From Blastocatellales bacterium (lineage in GTDB: Bacteria > Acidobacteriota > Blastocatellia > RBC074), in the NCBI GenBank assembly GCA_050187295.1, contig JBFWXQ010000016.1, forward strand, positions 25,944 through 89,943: 64,000 bases of DNA, written 5' to 3'. The notes below the pieces were generated by a model. The model saw only the letters and a list, made by a program, of their open reading frames with translations, was not told the origin of the DNA and did no database searches. Below are positions 62,502 through 64,000 of the stretch, in pieces. The position numbers and the translations under genes are program-made. Numbering within the stretch: the stretch's first letter is position 1; every line of letters begins with the position of its first letter.

Positions 62502-63440
62502 TTAAAGCCCGCCAGAGCCGGATTGTAACAAATCGTAAAGACGCTCAGTGTCCTCGCGGCGACAAAGTTCTGTTCCGGGCGTCATAACAGCCGCGGCGCC
62601 GGCGGCAACTCCCAGGCAGACGGCTTGGCGCAAGGATTGGCCGCGCGCCAACCCAAGCACTATGCCAGCAACCATACTGTCTCCCGCTCCAATCTTGCTG
62701 ATGATTGGCACAATCGGAGATCGCACTCGTTCACGCTCGTCTTTGGTCACAAATAAAACGCCGGAAGTTCCCAGTGAAAGCACCACACCCTGACAATAAC
62801 CCTTCTCAATCAGGTCCAGCGCGGCGGTTTCCTGCGAAGGTTCATCATCAAGTGGCACTCCGGATAAATCACTCAATTCCCTCAGATTCGGTTTGAGAAG
62901 AAAAACCTGCGCCCGGGCGGCTTCTCGTAACGCATCGCCCGAAGTATCAACCACCAGCCGAGCTCCCATTTGTTGGGCCAGTTTGGCGACTCGAGCATAA
63001 AAATCCGCCGGAACTCCGGGCGGCAAACTTCCGCTGGCGACAATGTAATCAGGTCTGGGTTCAATTGCCGACAACGCATCAAGGCACTGTTGCCATTCCG
63101 CAGGTATCAGTTCAGGCCCGGGCAGATTGAACCGATATTGCAACCCGGTCGCCTCCTCCAGAACTGCGAAACTTTCACGAGTCCATCCCTTAATCGCCAC
63201 CGCCCTGTGCGCAATGCCCTCCTGATCCAGCAGACTTTGCAAAATCTGTCCGTTCGGCCCGCCGCAACTATACATAGCCAGAGAATCACCGCCGAGCTTT
63301 TTGATTGCCCGCGAAACATTCAACCCACCCCCGCCGGGATCCAGCCTCGGCGAATGACATCGTAACTTTCGCTCGGAAACAACCTGGTTGACCTTAGCGC
63401 TTTTATCAACCGTCGGATTCATTGTCAGAGTCACAATCAT
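62502..63440 (-). CDS. PfkB-family sugar kinase (1-phosphofructokinase/tagatose-6-P kinase type)
   Basis: N-terminal TLTMNPTVDK, GGGGLNVS, and C-terminal IGAGDSMVAGIVLGLARG. Confidence 0.7.
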   Translation of the reverse strand: MIVTLTMNPTVDKSAKVNQVVSERKLRCHSPRLDPGGGGLNVSRAIKKLGGDSLAMYSCGGPNGQILQSLLDQEGIAHRAVAIKGWTRESFAVLEEATGLQYRFNLPGPELIPAEWQQCLDALSAIEPRPDYIVASGSLPPGVPADFYARVAKLAQQMGARLVVDTSGDALREAARAQVFLLKPNLRELSDLSGVPLDDEPSQETAALDLIEKGYCQGVVLSLGTSGVLFVTKDERERVRSPIVPIISKIGAGDSMVAGIVLGLARGQSLRQAVCLGVAAGAAAVMTPGTELCRREDTERLYDLLQSGSGGL

Positions 63441-63906
63441 TTATGGAATCTCCCCATGCTTTCCAATGCGAAAATATCTGTAGAATTTTCCGCTAAATCA
63501 AGGGCAGTAGCGAGGCACAGTCCCCCTTATCACACGACAGGCTTTTCAGACTGCGTGCTTTCACCCATTCTGCTGTGAAGTTTCACTTCCATCGCAATCA
63601 TCTTGCGTAGATATGTCCCACCATTGAGGACAATTGCCACGCTTTAAATACTCTCGGGCCAACCGGTTTAGAACTCTATGTTTCGATAAATCAACTTCTT
63701 GCCCCGGGGAATGCCTCAAGTATCGAATAAACGGTTCTGCGGATCCCGCTTGACGCTGACTTTATCCGACACCGGCTAATCAGGCACATGCGTTGCAACA
63801 ATTGTGCAGAGAGAGTCGAATTAGAGAATTGACAACAACAAAACACATTGATTTGAACGAGAGCCTTGTTCACTGCCGCCTGAGGCAAGAAAGGGGGGAA
63901 CAGACG

Positions 63907-64000
63907 ATGAAAGTACTGATGACCACGGATGGATCAGCAGAGACATTGGCGGCTTTGAGGACAGCCAGCCGCTTGTTACGCAAAAAAGATTGTGAGGTGA
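63907..64000 (+). CDS. Partial ORF, possibly universal-stress-protein-like (truncated by window end)
   Basis: MKVLMTTDGSAETLAAL... resembles a UspA N-terminus; only 31 codons visible. Confidence 0.25.
   Translation, partial: MKVLMTTDGSAETLAALRTASRLLRKKDCEV

Noticed and set aside
63441-63906. 466-bp gap before the partial Usp-like ORF scanned for a gene or RNA
   Set aside because: No ORF with a plausible SD, and no obvious structured repeat. A small ORF at 63691-63888 (-) is low-complexity and lacks an RBS.

Overview
This 64 kb window is chromosomal DNA from a high-GC Gram-negative bacterium. Many secreted hydrolases, TPR, PKD and TonB-C proteins and ECF sigma modules suggest an Acidobacteria-like soil organism; this is inference from protein content only. 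Coding density is about 90%, with roughly 50 genes and no transposase, integrase, rRNA, tRNA or CRISPR array that I could recognise by eye.

Confident housekeeping calls are uvrA, glutamate dehydrogenase, acyl-CoA dehydrogenase, moaD/moaE, a DacB-type PBP4, a glycerophosphodiester phosphodiesterase, a PfkB kinase, two ECF sigma/anti-sigma modules and a LytS/LytTR two-component system. The rest is accessory-like: tandem neutral-ceramidase-like paralogs, a PIG-L deacetylase, an Uma2 nuclease, two toxin-antitoxin pairs (RelE/HigB-like and HEPN/MNT), and large multidomain secreted or outer-membrane proteins.

The strongest candidate for something undescribed is 25.8-33.0 kb. It holds an FHA-TM-trypsin-like protease, then an AT-rich, apparently horizontally acquired gene encoding a single-domain KaiC/RecA-like ATPase fused to a cytoplasmic solute-binding-protein-like domain. 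Converging on it from the other strand are a PF14907-like nucleotidyltransferase and a membrane-anchored MutS-domain-V ATPase.

Other findings:
- a 1243-aa fusion of a TolB-like propeller, an S9 peptidase and a D-aminoacylase;
- a secreted ORF inserted between moaD and moaE;
- a five-gene LytS/LytTR operon encoding exported esterase, TlpA and methyltransferase, with 21-bp-spaced direct repeats upstream;
- a family of intergenic repeats, including a 37-bp element carrying a heptamer array that recurs 21 kb away in inverted orientation.

All calls rest on motif recognition in the supplied ORF translations and on reading the DNA by eye; no searches were run. Coordinates of small elements may be off by 1-2 nt.
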